A DNA stretch of 64,000 bases. Origin: Nymphaea colorata. Its lineage: Eukaryota. The position numbers and the translations under genes were made by a program. The notes beneath the pieces are model-generated. The model saw only the letters and a list, made by a program, of their open reading frames with translations. It made no database searches and had not been told where the DNA came from. Location: NCBI RefSeq assembly GCF_008831285.2, contig NC_045138.2, forward strand, positions 26,164,001 through 26,228,000, given 5' to 3'. Numbering within the stretch: position 1 is the stretch's first letter; every line of letters begins with the position of its first letter. Positions 24,027 through 36,874 of this stretch are shown here, piece by piece.

Positions 24027-25851
24027 TATCCTATATTCAATATTTATATGTAATAAAAGTTGATGCCCAACTTTTTATAATGGGGCTCAGATTCTCTTGT
24101 GTATTTAAAAGTCAGATTCGAATGCATACTTAAAGTTTGCATCTGAAGCATATTCAAATTGTACATTTAAAAACTGGATCTAGATGTAGTATTAGACTTT
24201 TCTTTGTTTGTATTTGAATACGAATACAAATACATGAACAGGAGGCGGATATGATGACAAAAGGTAAGCAGCTAATGCCACGACCAAGTTAAAATCTATC
24301 GAGTTTTAAAACTATTAGAACCACCAACCTAATACCAAGATTTCATGTCAAATTTTACGGGCTCTAGAGCACAAGCAAGAAAGAATGAATGACTGAATGT
24401 AAGACATATGAACCCCTAAATAGAGAGAAATGCAGAGGTTCTAGATACCTGTTGAGTAAGCCCTCACGACTTGGTTGGTTTTCTCATTTCAATTTGAACT
24501 CCCTTCTAACAGTTGAGTTTAGACCGCAAATCATAAACAAAGATCGATTTGTTTTCTTTTTTGACTCGGTCAGGTTTATGTGAAAGGACAGGTTGAAACA
24601 TCAAAATGAGCAAACTCACATGCAACAGCTGCACCAATTTTGATCAGTTGTTGGACTAAAGGCAACAATAATGCTAATTAGAATTTTGTCCTTGTTATTA
24701 TTATCAGTATCCTTATTATTGACTTTCTGCGGTCACCTTCACTGGGTGACGACCTCCATTGTTGGGAGAAGGAATGAAGCTTCGGCCATCACTCAGGCAC
24801 TGGAATTTCATCTTGCTCACCCGAAAAAGGGTTCTTAAAGCCCTACCTGGCAGATAGCAAGGACCAGCTATCTTTTTCTTGAAGTAAAGCGTAGAGAGTC
24901 ATTCAACCTCTCTTCTGGCATTTACTGAATCCAACCTAACAGAACCCTTTTTGCCCGCTAATAAGCACAAGAAAACAAGGCCACATAGAAAGAGATAAGC
25001 ATATCAAACAGGCATACAAACGTTATAGGAAGCTACTGTCTGACTTAGTATTGCTCAAATGTGATGCATGTTTTATATTCAACATGTCTGTTTATAGAGC
25101 AATTGATTTGTATATTGACCACAAATCCGAATGTGCAGTAGCGAAGCCACATGTGGGCTGATGTGGGTATTTGCCGACACTAGCCTACAAGATTTCTTGA
25201 TTTTATGTGTTGATGCTTTCCACAATTTGCTGGCCCTCCTTAGAAGAATCTCAAGACGTTTAAATTAGGGCCCCTCATCCGAGAGGAGCACTTCATTCAT
25301 AGCAGATCCTAGATCAGATCCACTTTATTTCAGTTTTGTTGGATCCTTCATGGGTTTTCTTTCATTAGTTAGAGTTCAGACCCTGTTATTTTTAAGTTTG
25401 GGATGCAAGATCAAGGAATTTTTTAGAAATCCCTGTTTAGAGGCAAGTGTGATTCATTTGAGAGTAGTTAAGTTATTGATGAATCAAGTTTAGCCACAAT
25501 TTCATTTCTCCTTTTATGTTCATTTCCGTCTTTTACTCGTTTAGTCGCTTCTAGTTTTCCCTAGTTTGTACTCGGGAAACTGTTAAGAGTGAGGAACTCT
25601 GATCACTACATCACTCTCAGCCACAGGCTTAATTAGTGTCGTTAACTGGCCCATGCACGGTAGTCATACATCATACACTACTCATTTTTTTGCTATTTTT
25701 TTAAATATTTTGAAAGTTTTTTAATGTTTTATAAAATATAGAGAAATAAATATAGTCATATTTTTTTGTGTGATTCATGATCAGTTCAGCTGAATTACTA
25801 AATCGGCAGCCCTTCACATGATTCAATCTAAATTCTAGTGTCTGTCAAGAA

Positions 25852-26073
25852 CAAGGTCGGAGGGAAGGCAGGGCCGGCAGGGGCCTTGGCCCCCCTCAAT
25901 TTTTAAAAACTTTAAAAATTTATCTGTAAATTTAAACAGTTTTAGTTTAATATATATAAAAATTTTGAAAATTTCTATTTCGGCTCCTGTTAAAATTTTG
26001 AAACTATAGTTTGTTAAAATTTTGAAACTATAGTTTGGCCTCTGTGACAAAAAAAATCTTAGCTCTGCCCCTG
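25852..26073. mobile_element. ~220-bp hAT-type MITE
   Basis: Imperfect TIRs CAAGGTCGGAG and CTCTGCCCCTG; near-matching 8-bp flanks GTCAAGAA and GTCAGGAA; AT-rich interior with a 24-bp internal duplication. Confidence 0.65.
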
Positions 26074-29000
26074 GTCAGGAAGTTCAAATGATCAAGTATA
26101 TTAACCTCAGCTGTTTTAGTTCAAACAGACTAATTCAGGTGTTGATCATTTGGTCCATGCAATGGGGCCTAAAGTGCCATACCTTGAACTTCATCACCAT
26201 GATGATGCCTAGTAGTTTGTCATCTGGTAATAAGGTTTGGAATTAATCTGAAAAAGCACTATGCCTGTGAATGGGCCTGTTTTATTTTGGAATAATTGGA
26301 ACCAGCTAACTTTGGTAGTGTTTGATAGCTTCCGATCTTAGATCTTAGATGGAAATTAAAGGTGTGCATTATAAGATCGATCTCAGTAGCATGTAAAAAA
26401 CCATGAATTTCATGTCGGATTTTCAATTTTGGGAGGGGGAGCTGATGCCCGACCTTAAATTCATAGATCTGAGATCCGAGGTCAACGATTACACCATTAA
26501 GGTCGCAAATGAGTTGAATCTGGTTTGAGGATTTTGCCGCATAAAATAGCTGGCCTCATTTTCTATTCCACCAAAAATCATATGTTTCAATTTTAATGGA
26601 GTACACTAACACATGTGCACCATGTTCTATTGAGTAAGAAATTGGTAGACATTGAAAAATAAGTGTCATACATATGATCTATTGGAACACATGTTTATAA
26701 ATACATCATTGGAAAAAAAAAGTGTATTTGGGGTTGGAAAAATATGATGCCATTATTGAATGTTGTTTCTAAATTAAACAGTCAAATGTTAGATATGGAT
26801 ATGTCATACATATTTTCTGAAATAAAAATGTGGTATTCTTGAATCATATATTATAAAAAAGTCGTACATACATTCAACTGCTAAATATTGTTGATGAATG
26901 GATAAATACTTAAAAGTGGTAGCCAAATGCAACATTAACTGTTGATAAATTAAAATGCTTTAAAACATTGGAATTATCTATGAATTCAATGGTATGAAAG
27001 GATGCGAACCTCCATAATCATGCAATTAAAATATGGCCTCAATTTTAATTTTGTAAGAGTTGAAAAAATTAACAATATTTTAGCAACAGTCCCTTAACAA
27101 TAATTTTCTACCCTTTTCCTCAAGCCTAATCATATGATTGAACATAAAATATTCAAACAATGATGCATAGGTTCAACACTATCTGGATTGGAAACTTAAC
27201 TCCCCCAGGATTTTCATGTCAAAATTAAAATTGATTACACATCTTGCTTAAGATCACTGTTTTTTATTCAAACATTTTCCGGCAAACTGAAAATATATGT
27301 TAAATCTAAGAAAATGTTGTAGTTAGCACAATCTCAACCACATGCGCATTGAAAATTTAATTTCTAATTTGCTTTCTAGACGCTCAATTTCAAAAGCATA
27401 TCGGTCGGAACTTTCTTGACGTGTCCGAACAAGCAACTTGATTGTGTCTCATTTTGGAAGCACGGAAATTGTATACTTCCCTGTTCTTGCTTCTCCTCGA
27501 CGTAAGAGGACGGGCATCTAGTCGAGCAAAGTCGGTCAATCCAATCGGGCCCTCAAGGCTTCGTGCGCACTGGGGTGGTAGACACTCACTTGCTAGTTCA
27601 AATATTAAAGGTGTTCGTTCCTTGTATAAGTCAATCAATCAAGAACTAAAGTATGAGAGAAATGAAAAGAGATACATTGAATCTAAGAGGGCCGAAGTCC
27701 TTTTTTTTTTCTTTGTTTAGAACTGCTTTAGGATGTAGGTAGAAAGCATGACACCTATCAACTAAGCATCGTGGATTCACCCTTTGAAGTAAGGGAATAG
27801 CACCGATGAAAATCAAACTAATGGTCACGTCTTCCACTAATCTGACCAACTACGCTATGCTCATCGAAGCAACTATTTAAAAAATGACTTTAAAAGTTTA
27901 CTCTAAGAACGAGCTCTTAAACATCCAAACTTACAAGTATTAGGCCACAAATTTGTAGCTCAGCTTTTGAACTAAAAATGCAACACCAGACAGTAAATTT
28001 TGACATGCCCAGGCATAATCTTCAAAAAGTTAGCTTAAAATTATACTTTTAAATAATAATAATAATAATAGCAACATTTTTATTATAATTATAAATTATT
28101 ATCATCAGATAAATATGGGGTTGTGTTGGCTGTATGGGTCGATTCAGAAAGAGATTGGCCGATTTTTTAATGAGGCAAATGTCAGCATCTCTATTGCATG
28201 CTTTTGAAAAAAAATCTTTAGAAAAGTACATGTTAGTGTTCCTGATACCAACACAAGATAGCTAAAAGACTGTCGCTGGCAATCAAATGATGCCTATTGA
28301 CTGGAATACAGACATTAATTGGAGCAAGGTATTAATAGCAATAGTCTTAAGTCCAGCACTCTTTTGTTGACCCCATCCTGTGGGGCTGACTAACCCACTG
28401 CCACATTTTTATTAGTTCTAAGGAACCTTATTAATTTCTTAATCTAGTGCAAAGCCCCCATCTTTCATTTTCAAGCCAAATGAGCCCCTGTAATGGCCCT
28501 TTAACAAGTCTGCACTCGCCGGCCGCAGCCATGGTTGGGTTGTTCAGAGCTTCCCACTAATGAATGACCTGACAGAGACAGGACAATTACCTTCATAAAA
28601 TTGGGGTTGCATTTGAGTACAAGAAGAAGCATCTTCATCTTACGCATGGGTACATGAGTTACACGATCAAATTTTGTCAGATAAGTAACTTATACAGAAA
28701 AGCATCTTGAAGAAGGATTAAAAGTATGCTTCTTATTCTTTTCAGGTAGAACTTTCATGGGAAAAAGTCGTCTCTCTTAAGGCGACCAACTAATGGAGTC
28801 AAGTCGTGTGTAGATCCTCTCCTCCACTGCCAATCTCTTAGAGCTTGACTGAGCGTGGCTGTGGAGAGCCCGCAGAAACTTGTCAAGTCTAAAGGGGAAG
28901 AGCAGGTGCAGACAATTGTGGTAAAAAAAGGAGGGAAGGAGAAGGAGAAGGGCGACAACCAATCCCGCTCGTCCCCCTGGCCCTGGCGTCACGGCTGACA

Positions 29001-32000
29001 TCCAGCTACCGCAAGAAGCGGGCGGCCAAAAGCCAAGTCGTGATTTAGAAGCATCGATCGCCCTTTCTTGTCCATGAGAGAAGGAGGAAGGTGGTGTTGA
29101 TAAGGACCGGCGTTCCGCCTTCTAGGCAGACGATGGGAATAGGACGGAAGGGAATGGGACGACGAAGGGAAGAACAGGGGACTTCCCATCATTGTGGCAG
29201 CAGAGGATGAAAGGATCTAAGGATGGTGATGAGGATGAGGTCATGTCAAAACAGGAGGAGGTAGTTTGGATACGTGCTGCTCACGCCAATTCAGGACGAT
29301 GACGACGGCCATGCATCGTCACTTGGGGAGGGAGAGATCTCAACCAGCCGCCTTGATTAGCGGCAAGCTGGCCGTGAGACGCCACCCACTTGTAGCTTCT
29401 CCAAATGGGAAGCCTACCCAACAAAGAAAGAGAAACAGAGTGACCCAGTCACATTAACTTCAACATGGGTAATCCTCAACTCAAATCAATGCTCCTCAAA
29501 GGAGGCATCTCTAAAAATTGAAGAGAAGACGTGTACAATAAATACCTCACCATCTTGGATCCTAGTCTTTTTAGAGTTACAGAAAAAACTTCTAGGGAAG
29601 ATTGAGATTTATCAAACTGGATCATTGTAGTGGTATCAGAGTTTATTCAATATTCAAACATTCAAACTTAGAGTCTCATATGTAGATATGCATGTACGTA
29701 AGTTACGGTTGGTGCACTTTAATACCCACACCTTTCAAAATTTAAGACTGGCAAAGCCTATGTGTCTTCGATATGGGGGATGCAAATGGATCTGACGTAT
29801 TCGATTAGTCATCTGAATGTGAAAACAACAAGTGTATCTGATAAAAAAAATATTTGGAACCAATTGCCAATCAGATTCCAACCCAGTCCGCAGTTTTACA
29901 ACATATTTTGTTCTGCTTCTGATGACGCCCTGCTATATGTGGCGGTCTCATTTATGGAGTCAGAATCCAAATTTGAGTTTGATATCTGAAAAGTATAGTT
30001 GTCAACCATAATGCTAATCTCATCCAGATTGATCTAGAAAACTGAACCCACCCTAATCCGAACCGTTTACATTTCTTCGTCACTTTTTAAGCCGAGCATT
30101 TTTCTAAACACTTTCTCTAGTGCCTCCAAGTGGCTTAAGATTCTGCAAGTCTATGGTCATCAGTAGCAGGCACCACCACCAAACGCCCTCATAATGTGGT
30201 CGTCACTAGCACGGCCGGTTTTGGACGCACATCAAGATTTCCCACTTCTTCAACGCATGTGGATTGACTCTTGGCAGGCTTCCTATTTCTTAACTGATTG
30301 AACAAGAAAAGTTCAAAAAATTTTGAGTCCCGTGGCACCACTTGCCTTTAGACCCAAGTAGTGAAAGGACTTTTTCTGATGTGCAGAGGTATCCAGGGTT
30401 TTACATGGAGAAAGATGAGATGATAAGCATGTAGTCTTAGGCCTGCAAATTCGTCGCTTGCAGAGAAATTCGATTGCTTTCTTCCCTGGTTGCCTGAAAA
30501 AGACATTCAAAGGAGTGCAACCCACGCAATTGCTTACATTTCGCACTTGGGTTTATTCTGGACTATGCTTGAATTGCTTAAAATATTTTGATGCAAAAAT
30601 ATGGTTTTGGTAATAAACAAGTTATGGAATATGGACATCAGCAGATGAGAGCGAAAGAAAGAGAATTCGATTACCATAGGAAAACGGAAACCATCCATTG
30701 TTATCTTCTTTCTAGATCCATTTCAGACATCTCTCTCTCTGTATCTCTCCCTCTTTCTCTCCCCAACTCTTTTAGTGGTGTCACATGTCACCAGGCTTTT
30801 GAAATGTACAATCTAAACACCCCAGGTTCACACTTCATGATCAGACAGAAAAAAAAACAGGCAAGAAATCGAGAAAGACGATACACGTGAAATGAGTAGT
30901 TTCCATGATAGTTCACCAAAAGGAATTGGTAAAAGAATTGCTAGTTTTTTAGAGTTTGGAAATTGTTTGCTTAATTCTCAGACGTTTACCAACTGATCAG
31001 ACACTAAGATTGCATAACCCCATTTCGACCAAGTTGCGGAACAACCACGAAAGTATCGGCCACGTGAAATCAGAGTGCCCCGTGATACTTGGCATCACGC
31101 AAAAGCTACAGATATTTAGTTAATGGCCTCCCTTTGTCACGCATCGTGCTTCTGAACCGTCATTAATGCTTTTGGAATGGATCGAGGACGTATACTTGCA
31201 TGCCACCAGCGAACATATCCGCTAAATACTGTGGGATCAGCTCACCAGCAGCAGAGAGAAAAGTTAGTCGATACTCAGTTTACTTGCTAGATTCTATCTG
31301 TCATGGAATATCTTGGTCTTCTAAATGGCAACAAAATTAAATTACTATCACCAGCACGCCTTCTGGTTTAGATTTCTTGCTCGGACAAGGTTTAATGATT
31401 TTTTAATGGTAGTTTTCATCTCAATATTGTGATTCCCTGCATGTATGTGCGTGAACATGACCGCTTGCAATTAATTTGGTGTGAACTTGTATAAAACGCT
31501 TGATTCTTGTCTCAACTGTCCTACTCATTTGTCTTACATATAGGTTTGAAGATGAAGCTGTTACCTCGGCACAGTTTCTGACTCTTAGGTGGTGGAGCAT
31601 TCCTTTTTCGACATTAAATAGAGAAACCTCCCTTAGGACCTGCTGAAACGGTGGCTGCTACTTGCAGCTTCCAGAGAGGTTGGTTTCACTGGGAATTGGA
31701 GTTTTAAAACGATGACAGATCATGGCAGATGTGTCAAAAAAATTTGAAAGATCTTTCTTTAGGTAGTCAAAAAGTACTTTGGTGCTCGAAGAAAATGATC
31801 AAATTAGATTGCAAATGAAATATACATTATAAGAACCTACCTGGTTGAGGATTCCATGTGCCGTGTGGCTGACGTGAAGATTTCAGCTGCTGGCTAGGGC
31901 TTCAAAACATGAGGTGAGCAGAAGAATTTTACAGTTTTCTGGCCGACATAAGTTCATGGTAACTGGAAGAATGTGAAGGCGATCATGTACAGCTCTGATA

Positions 32001-33208
32001 CCAGAAATCTAGGATGTACACTGCATGGTAGATGACAATGGCATCTATATTTCGTGCATGCTCTGCGGCACTTGGCTTGGAGGTTACTAGAGGGCTTGCC
32101 AACTGCAGGATCCGCTGAAGAATCCATGGAAATTTATTATCCTGAACCATCTCTCAAGCCAAGGCATCTTAGCACATTAAGAGCAGAAACAACCAGACGC
32201 GAACAAAGTATGCAAGAATCGCGAACATGGCTGCATATTAGTTTTCCATTAAAAAATCATTAAACCGTGTGATTTCTTCATACAGAAGACATAACGTGGT
32301 GTACTACTGAGGCCGTGACAGGACCAGACCACCTCTCCCCCCAACGGCCTTGACCGGACCATGCATCATCTTCCCCACATATTCGAAATCACATGGTGCC
32401 TTTTTCCAGGTGAGCTTGAGGATTAATCACATGGCCTGGGTGAGAGCCGAAAATCCCCTTCATTCTCCTTGTTCCCAAGATTCAGAACAGCATCCATACT
32501 ACGCGGCTAGGCAGTGAGAACTTCATGTACTTCAATTTGCACGTAAGACCCACTGCCCTTATGGTACATGAAGCAGGAGTTAAACCAGAAAAGTGTCTCA
32601 TAACGTGCCCCAAGCTCTCAAGTTTGAGATACGCCCCTCGTATATCTGCTTCATTCATGGATCTCCATATATTCAGGCCCAGGATCTCCATATATTCCGG
32701 TCCTAGAATAAGCCAGCTCAGACAGGCTGGGTCTTGTTGGAGCTCACTGCGGTCTGAAAAGGTCATTTGACTTCATTCTGGATCTGGTTATGCTTATACG
32801 CTCAGCTGATAAGTATCCAACCCATTTGCACACCCATAGCAATTGCTCCGCCCTGGTTTCCAAGTCTGGCTCCTAAATCAAAGGCAACATAGACATGATA
32901 AGATCCATGGTTCAACCCTTGGTCTCAATGATCCTGTCCACTGCATGATTAACTCCACCAAGCTATAAGCCGCCCAATGGTGTAAGTGGCAGTTCCATGA
33001 AGTACTGGAAAACAGTCTGCTCAAGCAATCCTGTACAGTGATCTGGTTGAGTGATTTCTAAGGGATGCAACTTGTGCTTGAAGCGAATCCCATGATCTGG
33101 ACAGGACTTTCTTTCCTCCTATATAACAAGAACATGTACCAATCATAGCATTACATGCTCGAAATTCCCCTTTATTTTTCTATTGCCAAAGCCATTTTTG
33201 CAAGAAAA

Positions 33209-35286
33209 ATGAACATCAGGTGCACGTCATTAACATTGGTCTCAGCAGTCGTTGTTGCCGTAATATCCACACTTTTTGTACCTCATAAACTACCACACCC
33301 GAGTCATGAAACTCACGCTAGCTCCAGATACTACTTGGCGTCAAGGCTTTCATGGATTAGGCAAAGTGAGAAGCTTCACCACCACCATCACCACAAACAC
33401 CATCACCACCATCGTTTGAAACCAATTCCTGAACCCATATGCAATGACTTTCCGCCTGACTTCCCGCCAGCACCGGCTGATAACCAGTCTGCCGTTTTGT
33501 GTGTCGACAGGAATGGCTGTTGCAACTTCACGAAGGTGCAAGCAGCCATTGATGCAGTTGTATCATCTGACCAGACTAGAACTATAATATGGATCAATGC
33601 CGGCATCTACTTGTAAGTTAGTACATCCTACCAGATTGAAATTACTATTGAACTTAGTATACGCAACCACATAATATTGCTTTGTCTTCGACTAGAATTT
33701 AAGATCTTAAGTACGCAACCGGCCCTAGTGTGTTTCTCCCTAAGTTTTTCCCTGTGAAATGCCTCAACCTTACTAGATGATTGGTTATTCCATGAACATC
33801 CATTCATTTCATGCATCTGCCTGCTGACATGATAGCGAGAAGGTGACCATCCCAAGCACAAAGCCGAATATCACACTGCAAGGACAGGGAATGTACTCGA
33901 CCGCCATCGTTTGGAACGACACCGCCAATTCCACCGGAGGAACATTCTTCAGCGCCTCCCTGACTATTTTTGCTCCAAACTTCATTGCCAAGAACATAAG
34001 CTTCATGGTAAGCAAGGCCTGCAAAAAGGAAGAAAGGTGTTCAATTGGTGGCTAGTTGAACATTAAAATGCTTTTGCTATCTCTTTATTGAACATCCAAC
34101 CCATTCATTTCATGCACATTCTTGGCTTCAGCTAGCCTCTTTCTCCCTCTAACACTCACCACCACGAAGTTGGTTTTTCTATTCAACAGAATGTTGCTCC
34201 TAGAGCAAATCCTGGAGATGTGGGAGCTCAGGCGGTGGCAATAAGAATATCAGGGGACATGGCTGCCTTCTGGGGTTGTGGATTCTTCGGGTCACAGGAC
34301 ACTCTGCACGATGATAAGGGCAGGCATTACTTCAGAGATTGCTTCATCCAGGGATCCATCGATTTTATCTTCGGCAATGGCAGGTCTTTATATGAGGTAT
34401 CATATTTGAAAATAATTTTGCTTCCTAACACTGCGTCAGATAAGGCCTGGCCCATAAATTCACAGAAACAGGACATCGATACAAGGGTCCTTTGAATGGA
34501 CTTACGGCATTGGGAAATCTTTTTTTACTTCCCCCAGATCATAAGTATGGGTGAAGATCAGTAGTACTGATCGTGTTTGGACGCTCGCCTCAAGAATATG
34601 GATACAAGAACCGAGTGTCAGAGACACAAGTAACTCTGGCTCCCAGTGGTTCGTCTGCTGTTGTAACATGTTACAAGTCGATTCGTTTTTATCAAATCTT
34701 GTCGTGTTACTCATCAAGACACAAAGAAAATATATTGTGTTACTAATCACCTGCGTTGTGGTTACTAGGGATGCAAGCTGAGTTCAATAGCAAACGCGGT
34801 CGCAGATGGATCGAAGTTCATAACGGGGGCCATAACTGCACAAGGCCGGAAGACCATGGATGATAACACAGGATTTGTCTTTGTTAATTGCACCATTGGA
34901 GGTACAGGCAGGATATGGCTTGGCCGCGCATGGATGCCTTTCTCTAGGGTCATCTTCGCCTACACTTTCATGCCTCAAATCATTTCCCCAGACGGCTGGA
35001 GCGATTTGAATGATGCTACAAGAGACCAGTAAAGACAGTATTTTCGTTTTCTTTTTTCCTGGGTCTAGTAGCTTGACGACGTGTACCCGAGTTCTTGATT
35101 AGTTAATGGAGTTGTTGCCGGTTTTCATGCAGGACTACTTTTTACGCGGAATACCAGTGCACGGGACGGGGAGCAGATACAAGCTTGAGGGTTCCTTACT
35201 TACAGAAGCTCAATGAGACAGAGGCTTCGACTTTCATTAGTATTTCTTACATTGATGGTGATCAGTGGTTACTCCCTTACCACTAG
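33209..35286 (+). CDS. Pectin methylesterase without PMEI pro-domain, PME8-like, 398 aa; exons 33209-33612, 33836-34007, 34190-34396, 34769-35028, 35133-35286 (alternative upstream ATG at 33155)
   Basis: Hydrophobic N-terminus; CNDFPPDFP and [32 protein letters not shown]; catalytic motifs QDTL, DFIFG and LGRAW; C-terminal IDGDQWL. Exons sum to 1197 nt. Confidence 0.94.
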
Positions 35287-35660
35287 TCTGATCCATAACG
35301 AGTTAGCTTTCTTACTCTGCTTCTTCATAATCTGTGAAGATTAGGTGCGGAGCTGCCTTGCCTATTGGATGTCTATTTTACTAATTTTGTACTTTCTTCA
35401 TGAATGACACAAAGATTATCTCGAGGGCCTGCCTAATCATCTTTTTCTTGTGCAAGTGAAATTTATTAAAGTGATAATCAATGCTTGTGCGATCTAAGTA
35501 CGCTGGCATCAGAAGGAGCATGATATTACCCAGAAGATAATTTTATTTATTTTGACAAGACACATTAATGTAGCCAAGATCCATTTACAAATTCAAGATT
35601 GGAAATGTAAATAATTCTACGAGACGATGAAATTGGAGCCATCTAATTGATAAGATGCAC

Positions 35661-35838
35661 ACTGCAGTGATCCTATAACGTGGCAGGGTTCGGCTAAACC
35701 TTATCGTCCGACGAGAGAGAGAGAGAGAGAGAGAACATAAGCATTATCTCAAAAATAGAGACTGCAGTAATCCTATAACATGGCAGAGTTCAGCTAAGCC
35801 TTATCGTCCAACGAGAGAGAGCAGAAATATTATCTCAA
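35661..35838. repeat. ~100-bp tandem duplication containing a (GA)n tract
   Basis: ACTGCAGT-ATCCTATAAC...CCTTATCGTCC-ACGAGAGAGA...ATTATCTCAA starts at 35661 and again at 35761. Confidence 0.9.
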
Positions 35839-36874
35839 CGATAATATCAAACTCCTAACAGGAGAGAGAGGAGAGGAGGGAGGCGCAAATACATTCAAGC
35901 AATGCAGGTATGAAGTCAGTATGCGGTAACTGTAGTTCATCAACGGATTTTTTATTCTTGCTCAAATTTAAGCAGATTCTTCTTTTAAGAGACCCTAAAA
36001 CGCAAGGCCTTTCATGAAGATATAAAACATGAAATAGCAAACAGGTTATTGTTGAACCAAAGTTGTTATTGTTGAACCATTGATTACAGCCTCAAAGGGC
36101 ATTAATTCCCGTGAACACCATGCTCACGCTCACGTGTCTTCTGACACCAAAGCCGCTCAAGACCCTAAAAGGCAGGAGAAATAAAGGGACCTTCGGGCCT
36201 CGCATCAAGCAATGGGATAACCCCCTCCCTCACCCGAATCACCGGTTACAAAATTTTCAGTTCCTTTTCGAACTACCATAGTGGTGAGACTTAGGTTAGT
36301 GGAAGTGGACTACGATTAGCAGGAAGGCCGTCAGTAATTGGAAACCTATCATCCTCCTTGCTAAAGAAACTAGAAGGCGTACTGCCGGCCGTAAAGCGAG
36401 TCAGCGTCTCCATAAATGGCCTATTTAACACGTAATTCCACGAATCCACCACAGAATGCTTGCAAGTCATGCTCAAAGTGTGTCCGGGCATCGGTTATTA
36501 CAGCAGGAGTCATAATCCACAGATTATGAATTGTGCAAAATTCTTGTTTCGTTCCAATTTTATCGGACGTCTGAATTATGCAAATTTTTGTGGTGAGACC
36601 TTCGTAACGCATGCCCTGCCACCATTAATAACACAAAAATTACTCTGACCAACCAAAATTTCAGAGTCCTTGGAATACAGAAACTTCCTGCAGTCCTGCA
36701 CATGACCACAACCAGCAACGACAATTCAAAGGCCATTACTGCTTAGGCATACAAAAATCCAAGGACCAAAGGCAATAATTCCTCGATGGTATTTCAGGTG
36801 ATAAACAGGTGTTGCCTCAGTAATCTGGATACGACGACCTGGAACTCATATTTTCACAGGTGAAACCACACTGA

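Noticed and set aside
29631..32003. PBS-like motifs: TGGTATCAGAG at 29631 and the reverse complement near 31992-32003
   Set aside because: No paired LTRs, PPT or TSD found around either.
16347..35286. Possible nickel/nitrogen gene cluster (ureD, His-rich PME, UAP)
   Set aside because: Unrelated pathways, mixed orientations and ordinary spacing; no sequence evidence of co-regulation.
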